Sequence record: LC765218.1
DNA length: 64,000 nt
Direction: 5' to 3' (one strand)
Positions 61,629 to 64,000 of the stretch are shown here, in pieces; the first letter of the stretch is position 1, and each line of letters opens with the position of its first letter. Both the position numbers and the translations under genes were made by a program. A model generated the notes under the pieces. That model was not told the origin of the DNA. It was given only the letters and a program-made list of their open reading frames with translations, and ran no database searches.

Positions 61629-64000
61629 ATGCAAATCACTCTACTGCGTTTGAAAAAATTCAAACGACTTATGACGGCAAATATCCAATTCTTCGAATGG
61701 ACCCCCACTAAGAACATGATGATTATACTCGGTTCTAATGGTTCGGGTAAATCGTCAGTTATGGATGAACTAACTCCATTGCCATCTCGACATACAAACT
61801 TTGATAAAGATGGTTTTAAAGAATTCCATTGCTACCATAATGGAAGCCTTTATGTACTTCATTCGGTATATGGTCATGGTACTGGTCGTCACTCTTTCAA
61901 ACGGGATAATGAAGAGTTGAATAGCGGCGGTACATATAAAATCCAAGAAGAACTCTGTCTACAAGAGTTTGGACTTACGCGTGAAATCCATGAGATTGCA
62001 ACTGGTCGAGTTAAATTTACCGCTATGTCTACAGCAAAGCGCCGCGAGATTCTTACGCGGATGTCAACTGTTGATTTGACTTATGCGTTAGATGTATACA
62101 GAGACATTAAACAGGAACATCGCAGTCAGAAAGGTGTCATCGATCTAATCACAAAACGCCTAGTCACTGAAAATCACGATATCTTTAGTGATAGTGAAAT
62201 GACACTGATGCGCGAAGAGACCTCTCGTCTTACTAAGCGTTTGAATAAACTCTTCCAAGAAAAGCAAAATGATGTTCGACCTGCTTTCCAGAATGTGCAA
62301 CAAGCTGAAAACGAACTCGAATCTATTCTGAATGATGCACGCGCTTGCCTACGTGATTATCCAATGTTACCGGCCGCTATTCGTGTAGCTAACCATGGAG
62401 AATTCCAGGTAGAATTCAATCGGGTATCGGAGCAATACTCTTCGATCAATGCAGTGATTAATCGTCTTGCAGAAGAACTAGAAAAGCTTCGTACTAACTC
62501 TCCATCGGCGATTGAAATATCGGAAGATGATGTTAATGCATTGAAACAACAGCATGCTGCGAATCTGGCGAATGTTGAATCGTGTATTAACTCGATGAAA
62601 ACTTATACTGGTCAATTTCCAATTATTAAGTTTAATACAGCCGGTGCTGATCCTATTTGTAAGTTGGATGGAATGTTCGACCGATGGTTTGATCTGTTAA
62701 CTAGTTTCCCTGATAACGGTGACGGTTGGATGAATCGGGAAGAAGCAACCAAACGACAGAACCGTCAGAAAGAGCTTAGGAATATTTACGCACAAGTCTC
62801 AGATAAAATCGAGCAGGCTAATTCCAGGTTGTCGCGTTTGAAAGGTTGTGAATCTGTGGTATGTCCATCTTGTACCCATGAATTTAAACCTGGCGTAGAT
62901 CCATCTGAAACGGATATGCTTGAAGCTTCTAAAGTTAAACTCCACGAAGCTATTGATCGTATCGAAGCAGAACAAAAAGAGAACGAAGAATATCTTGAGA
63001 AATTCCAGGACTATTCAAGTTATGTTTTCCAGTACATGTCTTTGACAAAAGACTACCCAGAGTTTAATGAACTGTGGGATTACTGTGCAACTAACATGAC
63101 AATGTATCGGACTCCTGCATTGCATAAGACTGATGCTTTGCAATGGCATACAGCCATGCGGAGTTATGTCAAATCCCGTACTGAACTAGAGCTTGCTACT
63201 AATATCGAGAAACGTCTTAAAGTTATCGCTGAGATAGACCAAGATGCAATCGGTTATATGAAACGCCGCGCCGAAGAATTGGAAACTGAAATTAACATCA
63301 TGTATGTTAAAGCTTCAGATATCAATCAGTACATGCAAGATCTACGGTCTGGTGAACAATCTATTCTACGTAACAATAAACGTATCCATGATGTCCTGGA
63401 CCGTTATGAAATGTGGAAAGATAAAGTAGAGCGTCATTCGGAGTATTTGCTTGATAGAGCCTATACTGAAGAGATAGGAACCATCCAGGTAAAACTCGCT
63501 GAAACAACGCGACAGCTCACACAGATGGAACAACGTGAAACGACCATACGTACGCTTGAAAACGAAGTAACAAATGCTACTGAAGTACATAGCGATCTTG
63601 GTATTCTAATTAAGTCGTTATCTCCAAACGGTGGATTGTTGGGTCGATATATGCTTGGCTTCTTGCAGGGTGTTACTTACATTGTCAATGCATTCATTGA
63701 CGAGGTGTGGACATACCCAATGGAAGTACTACCTTCTAAAGTTGAAAAGGAGGAGTTAGACTACAACTTCCCTCTCAAAGTAGCAGGCGGTCAAGTAATG
63801 GCACCTGACATTTCGTATGGTTCCGATAGTCAATTGGAAATCGTTAACTTTGCATTCAAGATGGCTATTCTGAAGTTCCTCGGTCTTGAAGACATGCCAT
63901 TGTATCTTGATGAATTTGGTCGTACGTTTGATGAACAACACCGCGCAAACTTAATCCCGTTTATCTCTCGTCTTATCGAGAACGGTCAATTTAAACAAGT
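61629..64000 (+). CDS. sbcC: SbcC/Rad50-like ATPase (phiKZ gp165-like), 3'-truncated by the window end; missing from the ORF track
   Basis: ATG 61629; Walker A GSNGSGKS; coiled coil with Zn-hook CPSC (62862-62873); signature-like GSDSQ; Walker B and D-loop LYLDEFGRTFD; frame consistent at all motifs checked. Confidence 0.92.
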   Translation, partial: MQITLLRLKKFKRLMTANIQFFEWTPTKNMMIILGSNGSGKSSVMDELTPLPSRHTNFDKDGFKEFHCYHNGSLYVLHSVYGHGTGRHSFKRDNEELNSGGTYKIQEELCLQEFGLTREIHEIATGRVKFTAMSTAKRREILTRMSTVDLTYALDVYRDIKQEHRSQKGVIDLITKRLVTENHDIFSDSEMTLMREETSRLTKRLNKLFQEKQNDVRPAFQNVQQAENELESILNDARACLRDYPMLPAAIRVANHGEFQVEFNRVSEQYSSINAVINRLAEELEKLRTNSPSAIEISEDDVNALKQQHAANLANVESCINSMKTYTGQFPIIKFNTAGADPICKLDGMFDRWFDLLTSFPDNGDGWMNREEATKRQNRQKELRNIYAQVSDKIEQANSRLSRLKGCESVVCPSCTHEFKPGVDPSETDMLEASKVKLHEAIDRIEAEQKENEEYLEKFQDYSSYVFQYMSLTKDYPEFNELWDYCATNMTMYRTPALHKTDALQWHTAMRSYVKSRTELELATNIEKRLKVIAEIDQDAIGYMKRRAEELETEINIMYVKASDINQYMQDLRSGEQSILRNNKRIHDVLDRYEMWKDKVERHSEYLLDRAYTEEIGTIQVKLAETTRQLTQMEQRETTIRTLENEVTNATEVHSDLGILIKSLSPNGGLLGRYMLGFLQGVTYIVNAFIDEVWTYPMEVLPSKVEKEELDYNFPLKVAGGQVMAPDISYGSDSQLEIVNFAFKMAILKFLGLEDMPLYLDEFGRTFDEQHRANLIPFISRLIENGQFKQ

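Noticed and set aside
63366-63941. Short minus-strand ORFs near the window end
   Set aside because: Antisense to the sbcC gene, which the ORF track missed because it has no stop inside the window
1-64000. Prophage, integrase, IS elements or an alternative genetic code
   Set aside because: No recombinase or transposase motifs. TAA, TAG and TGA all end well-supported genes at coupled junctions, so the capsid TGA case is local and not genome-wide recoding

Overview
This 64 kb window is from a phiKZ-like nucleus-forming jumbo phage (Chimalliviridae; probably a Pseudomonas phage given its gp144-type endolysin). It follows the gene order of phiKZ roughly gp113-gp165; all gp numbers are recalled from synteny and motifs, not from a database search. 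In order: an accessory operon of small unknown genes, DnaB helicase, the major capsid protein, a non-virion RNAP beta subunit, baseplate, portal and gp131-like tail-tip genes, two 2OG-Fe(II)-oxygenase-like genes, RuvC, and overlapping spanins with the endolysin. Then come three repeat-rich fibre genes, a virion RNAP beta fragment, UvsX, RNase H, inner-head proteins, PAAR, the central spike and a 3'-truncated SbcC/Rad50 ATPase that the ORF track missed. The strongest novel signal lies just after the capsid gene. Its TGA stop is followed in frame by 27 more codons whose last 21 residues match, ungapped (11/21 identical), the C-terminus of the structural protein at 36051-36584. This suggests programmed stop-codon readthrough that puts an 'R-x-L-E-D-G' docking peptide on some capsid subunits, possibly to anchor fibres. 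Other highlights are about 20 intergenic hairpins, most with conserved CATA...TATG arms, two tandem prohead-protease paralogues lacking the catalytic Ser, an eight-fold foldon-like array and a second spanin-like gene pair. I found no tRNA, CRISPR array, intron, intein or mobile element.
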